Origin: Planctomycetota bacterium
GTDB lineage: Bacteria > Planctomycetota > JAJSAM01 > JAJVHW01
DNA: 64,000 nucleotides
Assembly (NCBI GenBank): GCA_965248445.1
Contig: CBDFJG010000001.1
Coordinates: forward strand, 256,001 to 320,000
Reading direction: 5' to 3'
Shown: positions 1-8,407 of the stretch, in pieces
Layout: each line of letters starts with the position of its first letter
Numbering within the stretch: position 1 is the first letter of the stretch
Notes under the pieces: generated by a model
The model's database searches: none
What the model saw: only the letters and a program-made list of their open reading frames with translations
Told to the model about the DNA's origin: nothing
Program-made: the position numbers and the translations under genes

Positions 1-1003
1 ACTCCCGCACTCGAAGACCCGAACGCTCGGTGGCGTCCTCGAATCGCCCGCCCCCCGCGTTGCGCCACAGCTGACCACCGCCGACCTGGTTCGGCAGGTA
101 GATGTCCGTGCGACCGTCGCCGCCGACGTCGGCCAGCGAAGCGCCACAACCGTGGTCGTAGTGGAGGATCTTGAAGTTGCGTCCACCGTCGGGCGTCGGT
201 CGCCCGACGAACGTGATCCCGGTTTGGTCGAGCCGGTCCTCGAACTGGAACTCCGTGAACGCGCCGAATTCGCTGCGTGTGGCCAGTTGCGCGTCGCGAC
301 GCGCCGCGACCCACGACGCCTCGGGCAGGTCGCTGTTCCCGTACACGCGGTGCCGCTCGGTGAGCACCGCCTCCACGTCCCTGTGCAGGCGGTCGACTTC
401 CAGGTCGTCCAACCCGTCGTAGTACCCGCGGATGCGCCCCCACGAATCGATCACGACCATCTGCGTCGAGTGCACGATCGGCATGTCCGAGTCGCGGGTG
501 TCGTCGCGCACGTCCAGCATGAAGCCGGACTTACTCAGCTCCCAGATGCTGCTGCGACCGCCCGTCAAGAACCGCCACACGTCGGGATCCGCGCCGTTGT
601 CCTCCGCGTACGTCGCTAGCACGTCGTGGGTGTCGAACTCGGGATCGACCGTGATGCTGACGAGGCCGAGCGCATCCTTCCTCGGGTGCTCCGAGTACCT
701 GCGCTGCAGGCCTCGCATTCGCGCGGTCTGCTTCGGGCAGGTGCTGCCACACCTCGTGAAGATGAATGTGGCGATCCACACCTTGTCGGACAGTTGCATG
801 GAACCAAAAGGCTCGCCCGTTTGATCCGTGAGCTCGAACGCGGGCAGTTCCCCCAGCACGCGCACCTCGCGCGCCGGGCGAACCGACGGAACCGCAGCGG
901 CGTCCGCAGTTTCGTCGGACGCGTTGTCCGTGGCCGTGTCTCCACATCCCCCCGCAATCACAAGAGCTGCGAGCACGATGCCGACGCGTAGTGAGTGTCT
1001 CAC
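1..1003 (-). CDS. Lipoprotein: SCO1/SenC domain fused to an FG-GAP / CRTAC1(ASPIC-UnbV)-like domain; 3' end runs off the window
   Basis: Missing from the ORF track because there is no stop in the window. Hand translation from GTG 1003 (GTGA overlap with upstream stop) gives lipobox IAGGC, FELTDQTG, TFIFTRCGSTCP (SCO CxxxC), SITVDPEFD, IVHS, then HYDHGCGASLADVGGDGRTDIYL..QLWRNAGGGRFEDAT. Confidence 0.85.
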   Translation of the reverse strand, partial: MRHSLRVGIVLAALVIAGGCGDTATDNASDETADAAAVPSVRPAREVRVLGELPAFELTDQTGEPFGSMQLSDKVWIATFIFTRCGSTCPKQTARMRGLQRRYSEHPRKDALGLVSITVDPEFDTHDVLATYAEDNGADPDVWRFLTGGRSSIWELSKSGFMLDVRDDTRDSDMPIVHSTQMVVIDSWGRIRGYYDGLDDLEVDRLHRDVEAVLTERHRVYGNSDLPEASWVAARRDAQLATRSEFGAFTEFQFEDRLDQTGITFVGRPTPDGGRNFKILHYDHGCGASLADVGGDGRTDIYLPNQVGGGQLWRNAGGGRFEDATERSGLRVRE

Positions 1004-1533
1004 CGCTCCCCCTCCTCGCCCCCACGCGCGATGCTCTGCTCGAGCCCCTCCACCCATTCCAGGAACGCGCTCGGTGGAACCACGTGCAGTGTCCCGATGA
1101 GGTCGGGATGAGAGAACCCGCAGAACTGGTCCCCACGCAGCTCGAGCTCCCCCGCTGTGCCCGAGTCGAAGGCGAGTGAGAACTCCTGTCCGGGCACCGC
1201 GATCTCCGCCACGCTCAGGTGCGGCAGGCGCAACTTGTACACGTAGTCCCGGCTGCGCAAATGGAGGATCGTGGGTGTGTGAGTCGGAACGCGGATGTCG
1301 CGCGTCGCGATGCGGTCGTCGTCACTGCCGAGGATGCCGTCCCGACCCGGGTACCGCAGATGCCACCGATAGTCGTCGCCGGTGACCTCGATCACGATTC
1401 TCTCCGGAACGGTCGCAGCGGTCCGCTCCGTGACGCGCTCGTGCGACTGTGCGATCGCGCCGTCGGAGCACGCCGCGACGACGATAGCGAGCACCGAAGC
1501 GTGGAGCACCGGATGAGCGGCGAGTTCGCGCAC
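1000..1533 (-). CDS. Cytochrome c oxidase subunit II-like cupredoxin lipoprotein with a degenerate CuA site
   Basis: IEVTGDDYRWHLRYPG, LHLRSRDYVY, IAVPG, GDQFCGFSHPDL; lipoprotein-like VVAACSDG; start placed at GTG 1533 (ORF track extends to 1620). Confidence 0.75.
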   Translation of the reverse strand: MRELAAHPVLHASVLAIVVAACSDGAIAQSHERVTERTAATVPERIVIEVTGDDYRWHLRYPGRDGILGSDDDRIATRDIRVPTHTPTILHLRSRDYVYKLRLPHLSVAEIAVPGQEFSLAFDSGTAGELELRGDQFCGFSHPDLIGTLHVVPPSAFLEWVEGLEQSIARGGEEGER

Positions 1534-1663
1534 AACTACTCGCCAGCGGGCGGCTGCGCCGCGGCGGGGAGCCGTCCGATACCAGGCCGGATCCACGTCT
1601 CCTCGGAGTGGGACGTGCACGCGGAGAGGAGTGCCATCATGCCGATCAGCACGAGCGCTCGGC

Positions 1664-3049
1664 TTACTTGGGACTGTGCTTGGCGTTGAGCTTCATGAAC
1701 TCCTGAACGCCCTTCTCGAGGTGCTCTCGGAGCCGGGGGACCATCTCGTCGTAGCGCGCGCGCACCATCTTCGAGAGTTTGAGCTCGTCGGCCTTCGCGT
1801 ACTCGTCGCGCAGCTGGTTCAGGAAGTGCCAGTTGAGGACGCGCACCTCGACGAACGCGGCCTCGGCCGCGGCGAGTCCCTCCTCGAACGCGGCCTTCGG
1901 ATCGTCCTTCCTGAACGCCTTCCAGCGGCTCTTGAGCCGCTTCTCGCCAGCCTTGCGGTGCTTGTCGAGCAGCCCCTGCCACTCGCCCCGCAGCGCGTCG
2001 GCCGCTGGTACGCCACGGAACTCGCGCAGGAACACGAGGAGGTGCACCCAGCCTGAGTCCTTCTCTGGCGGAACCTTGTGCTTCTTCCACTTCCCGACCG
2101 ATCTGGTGATCTCCTTGATATGGGCGGCCGCCAGCTTGTCAACCGCAACGACCGCCTTCCTCGCCTTCGAAGTGAGCTTCTTCGACGCCTCCTCGAGCCC
2201 GGCTATCCGCTCCGCGACGGCCCGCAGCGCCGCGTAGTCGTGCCACTGCGGTCCGTCGTTCTTCGACAGGAAGTTGAAACACGCCTGGAGGCGCTCGGTT
2301 TCGGTCGTTGTCATGCCCTCGACGTACGCGAGCTGCTGCGACGTGTGCGGGACGAAGACGTTCCCGATGCTGCCGTTGTGTTCGGACGGCCAGTGGTTCC
2401 ATCCCTCGAGCGCGCGCAGCCGGAGCATGGGGTACTTCGCCTTCTCGTACTGCTCGAATCCGCCGCGGCTCTGCCAGTACGGAACGACCGGGTCGGCGGT
2501 CCCGTGCAACAGGACCACGGCCTGGTGGTGGCCCTTCCTCGATTTCACCGTGTTGCCCCACGGGCCGCTCGCGTGCCCTACCACGCCTTGGACTTCGTCC
2601 GGGAACTCGCCCGCGTACAGGAGTGCGAAGAACGAGCCCTGGCTGTGCCCGTACAGGTACGTCGCGCGCACGTTGAAGGCCTTCTTCAACTCCGCGTGCA
2701 GCGCGTTGATCCGGTCGAGGTCCTTCTTCTGGTTGAGAAGGTTGAAGCCGCCGCGCCCGTTCGAGGTGGTGCCGTCCGGCGAGACGACCACGTCGTCGGG
2801 ACGAAACTCGCCGGCGCGGTGGTTCGCGAAGCCCCATCGCCGGTCGAGGTTGGACCCGTGCAGGATGAACGTCAGGTTGACGCCCTTCTCGGCGTCGTAG
2901 CCCTTCGGTACGAAGAACTGGTACGCCAGCCCGTCCTCGGACTTCCATTCGCACACCGCGCCACGGGGTGCTTCGCCCGGCGCCTTGGACGCGGGCTCGG
3001 CCGCGTGAGCCGACGTTGAGAGGGCCAGCGCCAGGAGCGCGGCGGCTGC
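1664..3049 (-). CDS. Secreted alpha/beta hydrolase (phospholipase/carboxylesterase-like) with helical C-terminal domain; native start replaced by IS66
   Basis: FILHG, GHSQG nucleophile motif, LLHGTADPVV, GWNHW; the signal peptide begins abruptly at the IS66 end. Confidence 0.8.
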   Translation of the reverse strand, partial: AAAALLALALSTSAHAAEPASKAPGEAPRGAVCEWKSEDGLAYQFFVPKGYDAEKGVNLTFILHGSNLDRRWGFANHRAGEFRPDDVVVSPDGTTSNGRGGFNLLNQKKDLDRINALHAELKKAFNVRATYLYGHSQGSFFALLYAGEFPDEVQGVVGHASGPWGNTVKSRKGHHQAVVLLHGTADPVVPYWQSRGGFEQYEKAKYPMLRLRALEGWNHWPSEHNGSIGNVFVPHTSQQLAYVEGMTTTETERLQACFNFLSKNDGPQWHDYAALRAVAERIAGLEEASKKLTSKARKAVVAVDKLAAAHIKEITRSVGKWKKHKVPPEKDSGWVHLLVFLREFRGVPAADALRGEWQGLLDKHRKAGEKRLKSRWKAFRKDDPKAAFEEGLAAAEAAFVEVRVLNWHFLNQLRDEYAKADELKLSKMVRARYDEMVPRLREHLEKGVQEFMKLNAKHSPK

Positions 3050-4549
3050 GTAACCGTTCACCCCTTCGTCGCGAGCCAGGATCCAGATCGTTCGGCCATC
3101 GGTCGATCAAGAGGTTGTGGGCGAGCGGCAGGACGAGGATCTGCGGGCGATGGTCGAGGGCCTTCTGGCCTGGATCGAGGAGTTGGAGCGTCGCGAAGCG
3201 AAGCATCTGCGCCGCATCGACGAGCTCGAGTCGCGTCTGAAGCGTGACTCCCGCAACAGCTCGAGGCCTCCGTCGTCGGACCCGGCGTGGTCCAAGCGCC
3301 GTCGCGGCCGAAGGCCGCGTAGCGGTCGCCAGCAGGGCGGACAGCCGGGCCATGAGGGCACGGCGCGCGAGCTGGTGGATCCGTCCAACGTCGATGAGAC
3401 CAAGGAGCACCGTCCCGACCGCTGCGACGCGTGCGGACACGACGATCTCGAGCAGGGCATCGGCGATCCGTACCGGCACCAGGTGACGGTGCTCCCGCGC
3501 GTGCTCGTCACGGTGCGGGAGCACCGGCTGCACAAGGCGCGGTGCCGGCGCTGTCGTGCGGTCACGACGGCGGTCCTGCCCGATGGCGTGCCGACCGGGG
3601 CCTTCGGTCCGCGGCTGACCACACTTGCCGGCGCGCTGCGCGGCGTGTACCGCGTGAGCGTGCGGGAGACGCAGCGGCTGCTCGGTGAGATCTTCGGTGT
3701 GAAGATGTCGCTGGGCAAGATCAGCGACTGTGAGCGTCGGCTCAGTGACGCTCTGCACTCGTCGTACCTCGAAGCCCTCGGGGCAGTCCGCACGTCGCTG
3801 CGAGCCAACGTGGACGAGACGTCGTGGAAGGAACGGGGCCGGGTGTGCTGGCTGTGGGCGGCGGAGAGCGAGCACGCCACAGCCTTCGGGATCGATCGCC
3901 GCCGCAGTGCCAAGGCGAAAGGGCGGCTGATCGGGCGGCGTTTCGGTGGCACGGTGATCAGCGACCGGATGGGTGCCTACGAGTCACACCCACTTGCCCG
4001 CCGCCAGCTCTGCTGGGCGCACATCGAGCGCGCCTTCCGTGCGCTGGCCGAAGGCCCGCGAGGACATCGCCGCTTCGGCAACAAGGGCGTCATGATCGCG
4101 CAGTCGGTCATGCGCAGCTACCGGCTCTTCGGTGAGCACGGCGACCGTGACCGGCTGCAAGGCGAAGCCGCTGTGCTGCGCGGACGGCTCGAGCGACTGA
4201 TCGCGAACGACGACTCGGCTCTGGCCAACCATCTGCGCCCCCGCGTGGTCGCCCTCTTCACCTATGCGCGGACCCAGGACGTGAGTCCGACGAACAACGC
4301 CGCCGAGCGCGCGGTCCGCAAAGCGGTGCTCTGGCGCAAGGGCTCCTTCGGAAGCCAGTCCGCTCGCGGACTCCGCTTCGCCGAGCGCGTGTTGACCGCC
4401 GCGGCCACGCTGCGACGCCGTGGCGACCAAGTCTTCGACTTCCTCGCCGACTCGGTCGCCGCGCACCTCACCGGCGCCGACCCGCCCGTCATGGTCCCGC
4501 TGCCCGTCGCACGCTGAGGCTCACACGCTGTCAAGGGGTGAACGGTTAC
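3050..4549 (+). mobile_element. IS66-family insertion sequence, single-ORF (ISBst12-group-like), copy 1, 1500 bp
   Basis: Terminal inverted repeats GTAACCGTTCACCCCTT / AAGGGGTGAACGGTTAC; near-identical inverted copy at 33120-34619. Confidence 0.93.
3117..4517 (+). CDS. tnpC: IS66 transposase TnpC
   Basis: NSSRPPSSD, GGQPGHEG, CxxC zinc finger, VDETSW, QLCWAH, PTNNAAERAVR. Confidence 0.93.
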   Translation: MGERQDEDLRAMVEGLLAWIEELERREAKHLRRIDELESRLKRDSRNSSRPPSSDPAWSKRRRGRRPRSGRQQGGQPGHEGTARELVDPSNVDETKEHRPDRCDACGHDDLEQGIGDPYRHQVTVLPRVLVTVREHRLHKARCRRCRAVTTAVLPDGVPTGAFGPRLTTLAGALRGVYRVSVRETQRLLGEIFGVKMSLGKISDCERRLSDALHSSYLEALGAVRTSLRANVDETSWKERGRVCWLWAAESEHATAFGIDRRRSAKAKGRLIGRRFGGTVISDRMGAYESHPLARRQLCWAHIERAFRALAEGPRGHRRFGNKGVMIAQSVMRSYRLFGEHGDRDRLQGEAAVLRGRLERLIANDDSALANHLRPRVVALFTYARTQDVSPTNNAAERAVRKAVLWRKGSFGSQSARGLRFAERVLTAAATLRRRGDQVFDFLADSVAAHLTGADPPVMVPLPVAR

Positions 4550-5299
4550 GATGGCGGTCAGGAGGAAGGGCCGGAAGTGCTCGGGGCAGTTGGTGATGAG
4601 CGCGCCGAGTTCCTTCTTCGTCAGGTAGCGCCGGGGCCGCCGTGTCTCGCGCAGCTTCTTGATGCCGGCGAGCGGGTTGGCGTCGAGGTGCCCGTCGAGC
4701 ACGGCCTCGTTCAGGATGCGGATGACGCTCTGCTGGTCGGCGTTCAGCGTCCGTGGGCTGACGGTCGTCTTCTTCCCGTAGGACGAGTTCCGGGTCGTCG
4801 CGCGCCAGGCCCGGTAGTCCAGCCAGCGGGCAGGCGTGATCTCATCCAGCCGCACGGCCCGCTGGCCGTCACGCTCCCCGAAGTACTCGGTCCAAGCCCG
4901 AAGTGCCGCGCGGTAGACACCCATGGTCCCCTTGGCCAGGACCGGCTCGAAGCGGCGCTCGATCACGTCCTTGGCGTAGCCGACCAGCGTGGGGACGTCG
5001 CGTGGGGCGCTCTCGACGCTGGCCTGGACGGCGCGCTCCTGCGCCTCCGAGAGGGTAGGCGGGACCTCGTAGGCCTCGGCGAGGATGCGCTTCTCCACCT
5101 CGTCGAGGAAGTCCTTGGCCTCCTTCTCCGTGTCGAAGGCCCGGGTCAGCCAGCGCCGCTCAGTCCGGCAGAACCACTTGGCCGACCAGGTCCGGCGGCC
5201 CGACCCCCACTTGCGCGAGTAGATGCTGCCGAAGCGGCGCTTGCGCTTGCCGCGCCGGCGGTTCGCCGGGGGCTCCTTCGTTCTCGTTTCTGCTTCCAC
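4550..5299 (-). pseudogene. int: Tyrosine integrase, C-terminally truncated by IS66
   Basis: Arm-binding N-terminus (FGSIYSRK..WSAKW..FDTEKEAK), core-binding region (RLDEITP..SPRTLN..LNEAVLDGHLDANP), then RYLTKKEL..RPFLLTAI ending at the IS just before the expected TGxR catalytic Arg; GTG 5299 preceded by GGAG. Confidence 0.85.
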
Positions 5300-5396
5300 G
5301 TCGTGCTCTCCGGGGCTCGTGCCCCGCAGCAGGCGGAGCACGTGTGGTCCCGATGCACGCTCTTGCGTCCCTGAACATCCAGTACCTTCGACCGGC

Positions 5397-5666
5397 CTAC
5401 GCACGGGTATCTCCGAGCAGTCGCGTGACCCGTCCGGGGAGGCCTGCCTTCCGGGTCCTGCGGTCGAGGAATGTGCGGACGTCGTCCGGGCGGAAGCGCA
5501 GGACACGAGGCGCGACGTCGATCGCGGGGAGGGCCGCCTTCTTCGCCAAGCGGTAGACTGTCGTCGTGTCTACAGAGAGGTAGGCGGCCACCGTGGCGGC
5601 ATCGACGAGCGGCTCGCCGAACGGCGAGACGGGCGTCGCAGCAGGCAGGCGCATCCGGTCCGTCAC
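5397..5666 (-). CDS. Excisionase-like helix-turn-helix protein (HTH_17)
   Basis: LVDAATVAAYLSVDTTTVYRLAKKAALPAIDV..LRFRPDDV; immediately upstream of the integrase. Confidence 0.85.
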   Translation of the reverse strand: MTDRMRLPAATPVSPFGEPLVDAATVAAYLSVDTTTVYRLAKKAALPAIDVAPRVLRFRPDDVRTFLDRRTRKAGLPGRVTRLLGDTRA

Positions 5667-8407
5667 ATCGTCCCCGCGAGGCTTGGGAAGAGATCGTCGA
5701 GGCCGTCGCCAAACCCGCGCGTGACGGCGGGCGCTTCGTCAGTGGGCGCGGACTGCCCGGCATCGTCGGCAACGAGCCGGTACTGTGCCGCCTTGGTGTT
5801 CGAGTTGCGGCCGGCCACGATCCGGTGCTCTCCGAAGTGACGATCGCGCGCGGCTGAGAGCGCGCGGCCCAGCCGGATGAGCTGCGAGCGCTCGGACTTG
5901 TCTCCGATCACCTGGCCGAGGAGATCCTGCTCTGTCGTGATTTGCAGCAGATCGCGCGACGCGACCCACGCGCAGCCGTGCTGCTCCCACCACGCGGTGA
6001 CGAGCTGCCGCCACTCTTGTCCTTTGGTGTCGGCGTGCTCGTAGAGGTCCTCGGCGTCGCCGAGGAACCCCTCGATCCCGGCATGGGCGAGCACACCCCC
6101 GACGACCTCGGCCCAGCTCTCGAAGGAGCCGAGCGTCGCGCCGCACGCCGGACGCTCCGCGGCGATCCACGACTGCACGAGCACGAGGACCGCGTGGACG
6201 AGCGTCGCGCGGTTCTGACGCGCCCAATCCCTGAGGGGCGCGTGCTTGAAGCCCGTGCGCTCCCACGGGCGGTCGCGCTTCGGATCGAGCCGCACGCGCA
6301 CGCAGCGCCGCGCGATCTCCAGGGAGAGCCGCGGGTTGTTCGCGGTGACGAGCCACGTGGCTCGGTTCGGGAGGTCGATCATCTTCGTCTGGCCGAGCAT
6401 CCGGTCGGACCAGGTCTCGGCCGTGAGCGCCGCCGCGAGCTGCGCCGAGTCGAGCCCGTGGCGGATGTTGTCGATGAGGATCAGCGGCTGCGCCCGGGCG
6501 AGGATCGAGGTGATCTTCTTGCGCGCCTCGTCCTCGTCCCGCGTGATCGTCGTCGGGTCGCACGGGCGGCCCAGTGCGACGATCGCGACGATGTCGGCGA
6601 GGAGGCCCTTGCCGCTCCCGGGTGTCGGGGCCTCGACCAGGTGGATGGGCGTGCAGCCGTTCACCATGCGCCGAACGAACGGGAGCACCAGCGCCGCCAC
6701 GGCATGCGCGCGGTCGGAGTCCGCGGCGAATGGGAAATCGACGAGCAACTCGTCGAGCAAGAGCGCCCGCGCCGCGTGAACGTCCGCCTCGGTCGGTCTC
6801 TCGGGGACCGCCCCGACCTCGAAGTTGGGCAACTTGTGGAACCAGAGCCGCGCGGCCCTGTGGTAGCCGGGTGTCGCGACGAGTTGGCCGAGGGCATCGA
6901 ACACGGGTGCGGCAACCACAGCGTCGAGCGGCGGCAGATCGCCCTCGGGGTTGACGAGCATGTCGCGCGCCACGTCCTTGGGCGGCGTCGCGTCGAGCAC
7001 GGCGTCCTGCGTCACGCGCACCCAGTTCGCGACGCGGACCAGGTGCCCGAACATCGCGGTCTCCCCCACGGTCTCGATGCGTGGCCCGACCTCGCCCTTG
7101 GCGATCCGCACGAGGTAGCCCGAGCGGATGAAGAGTGACGGATACGTGTTCGTGGCGTGGACGACGCGCCAGGCGTCGGCGAGCACATCGCGGAGCTGGC
7201 GGGCGTTCACGCGGACACGCGGGCGGCTGGCTCGGCGAGCGGGAGCGGACGGGGTGGGCTGAGGAACTCCTGAGCGTTCGGCGACGAGCGCGGTGGCCGC
7301 GCGGAAATCGGCGCAACCTCCGTGCTCCACCAGGAAGTCGAACACCGAGACCGACTTCCCCGAGATGAAGGAGTGGAATGTGGCGCGCTCAGCATCGCCC
7401 GTTCCGTCCGCGACACCGGCCGAGGGGTTTGCGTCCCCGGACGACGAGGACGGGTCGCGGCACTCGAGCCACCCCGACCCCGACTCCTTCCCGGTCAGCC
7501 ACGCGCCGTAGATCGACTCCAGGGACAGTGCGGCGAGTGCGCGCTCTCGCCACTCCGCCCATGCGGGATCGGAAGCGCCCGCGCCGCGCGAGGGACTGGA
7601 CGGCGCGGATTCCCCCGCTGCGCGCGACGTGGGCACGGCTGTCGCGGCGTGGGCGGCAAGGACACGGTCCACGTCCTCCTCGCTCGCTGCGGCGAACGTG
7701 GGCGCACACGGCGCGAGCTCTCCGTCCTCCTCGAACTCGTAGAACGTGTTCGCGCCGGCTGCGGCGTCACGCCACCACGGCAGCCAGACCAGGTTGCCGT
7801 AGCCCTTCTTCCGCAGCTTCGCCTGCTTGGGGAAGACCTCGATCCCACTGCCGGCCAAGGGGTCGGCCACTCCGCCGTCGGCCAGCGGCGCGTCCTTCGG
7901 AGCGAGCGCCCTGCCGAGTGCCTGCGCCTTGGCCGCCGGGATCGGCGGATCGAAGAACGACCAGATGTGCCACCCGTGACCGCCGCCCGAGCGCTCGAGG
8001 AAGCAGGGGAGCTTGGCCTCATCGAATGCCTCGCACGCGGCGCGCGCGGCTCCGAGCGGATCGGCGAGTGCCTCGGCGTGTCCTGTTCCGTCGAGGTCGA
8101 GGCAGAGCCACTTCGTCGTGTTCTCCGGGCCCGGGCAGTAGCTCCCGACGCGGAAGCGTCCCTTGGTCGCGCCGACGCCGCGGCGATTGCGGTACCGGAT
8201 CACCGCGGCGGGTACGTCGTCCCCGGGTAGATGCGCGCGGAGCAGCGCGTCCAGTTCGTCTCCGCCATCGACCGGGCAGGGCTTTCCCCAAGGGGCGCGG
8301 ACCGCCACGTGGTCGGTTCGGTTCAGGAACCAGCGCCGAAAGACCGCGACCGCCTCCTCGGGCGGCGGGGTCAGGACGGGAGGGCTCGCCATGCGCTCCA
8401 TGGTCAC
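5663..8407 (-). CDS. Primase-helicase: archaeo-eukaryotic primase-like domain, degenerate Zn-finger-like domain and P-loop ATPase
   Basis: WLCLDLDG, LERSGGGHGWHIW, GYGNLVWLPW; WLECRDP..DANPSAGV..FHSF..SVFDFL; Walker A APTPGSGKGLL, ILIDNI, VTANN; start at GTG 8407 or ATG 8401 coupled to the RecD2 stop. Confidence 0.75.
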   Translation of the reverse strand: MTMERMASPPVLTPPPEEAVAVFRRWFLNRTDHVAVRAPWGKPCPVDGGDELDALLRAHLPGDDVPAAVIRYRNRRGVGATKGRFRVGSYCPGPENTTKWLCLDLDGTGHAEALADPLGAARAACEAFDEAKLPCFLERSGGGHGWHIWSFFDPPIPAAKAQALGRALAPKDAPLADGGVADPLAGSGIEVFPKQAKLRKKGYGNLVWLPWWRDAAAGANTFYEFEEDGELAPCAPTFAAASEEDVDRVLAAHAATAVPTSRAAGESAPSSPSRGAGASDPAWAEWRERALAALSLESIYGAWLTGKESGSGWLECRDPSSSSGDANPSAGVADGTGDAERATFHSFISGKSVSVFDFLVEHGGCADFRAATALVAERSGVPQPTPSAPARRASRPRVRVNARQLRDVLADAWRVVHATNTYPSLFIRSGYLVRIAKGEVGPRIETVGETAMFGHLVRVANWVRVTQDAVLDATPPKDVARDMLVNPEGDLPPLDAVVAAPVFDALGQLVATPGYHRAARLWFHKLPNFEVGAVPERPTEADVHAARALLLDELLVDFPFAADSDRAHAVAALVLPFVRRMVNGCTPIHLVEAPTPGSGKGLLADIVAIVALGRPCDPTTITRDEDEARKKITSILARAQPLILIDNIRHGLDSAQLAAALTAETWSDRMLGQTKMIDLPNRATWLVTANNPRLSLEIARRCVRVRLDPKRDRPWERTGFKHAPLRDWARQNRATLVHAVLVLVQSWIAAERPACGATLGSFESWAEVVGGVLAHAGIEGFLGDAEDLYEHADTKGQEWRQLVTAWWEQHGCAWVASRDLLQITTEQDLLGQVIGDKSERSQLIRLGRALSAARDRHFGEHRIVAGRNSNTKAAQYRLVADDAGQSAPTDEAPAVTRGFGDGLDDLFPSLAGTM

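Noticed and set aside
3050..3061. ORF-track start MNGY of the hydrolase
   Set aside because: These codons come from the IS66 inverted repeat; the same MNGY appears at 4538
4262..4549. C-terminal extension of the integrase ORF
   Set aside because: Read-through into IS66; nearly the same peptide ends ORF 32907-33407
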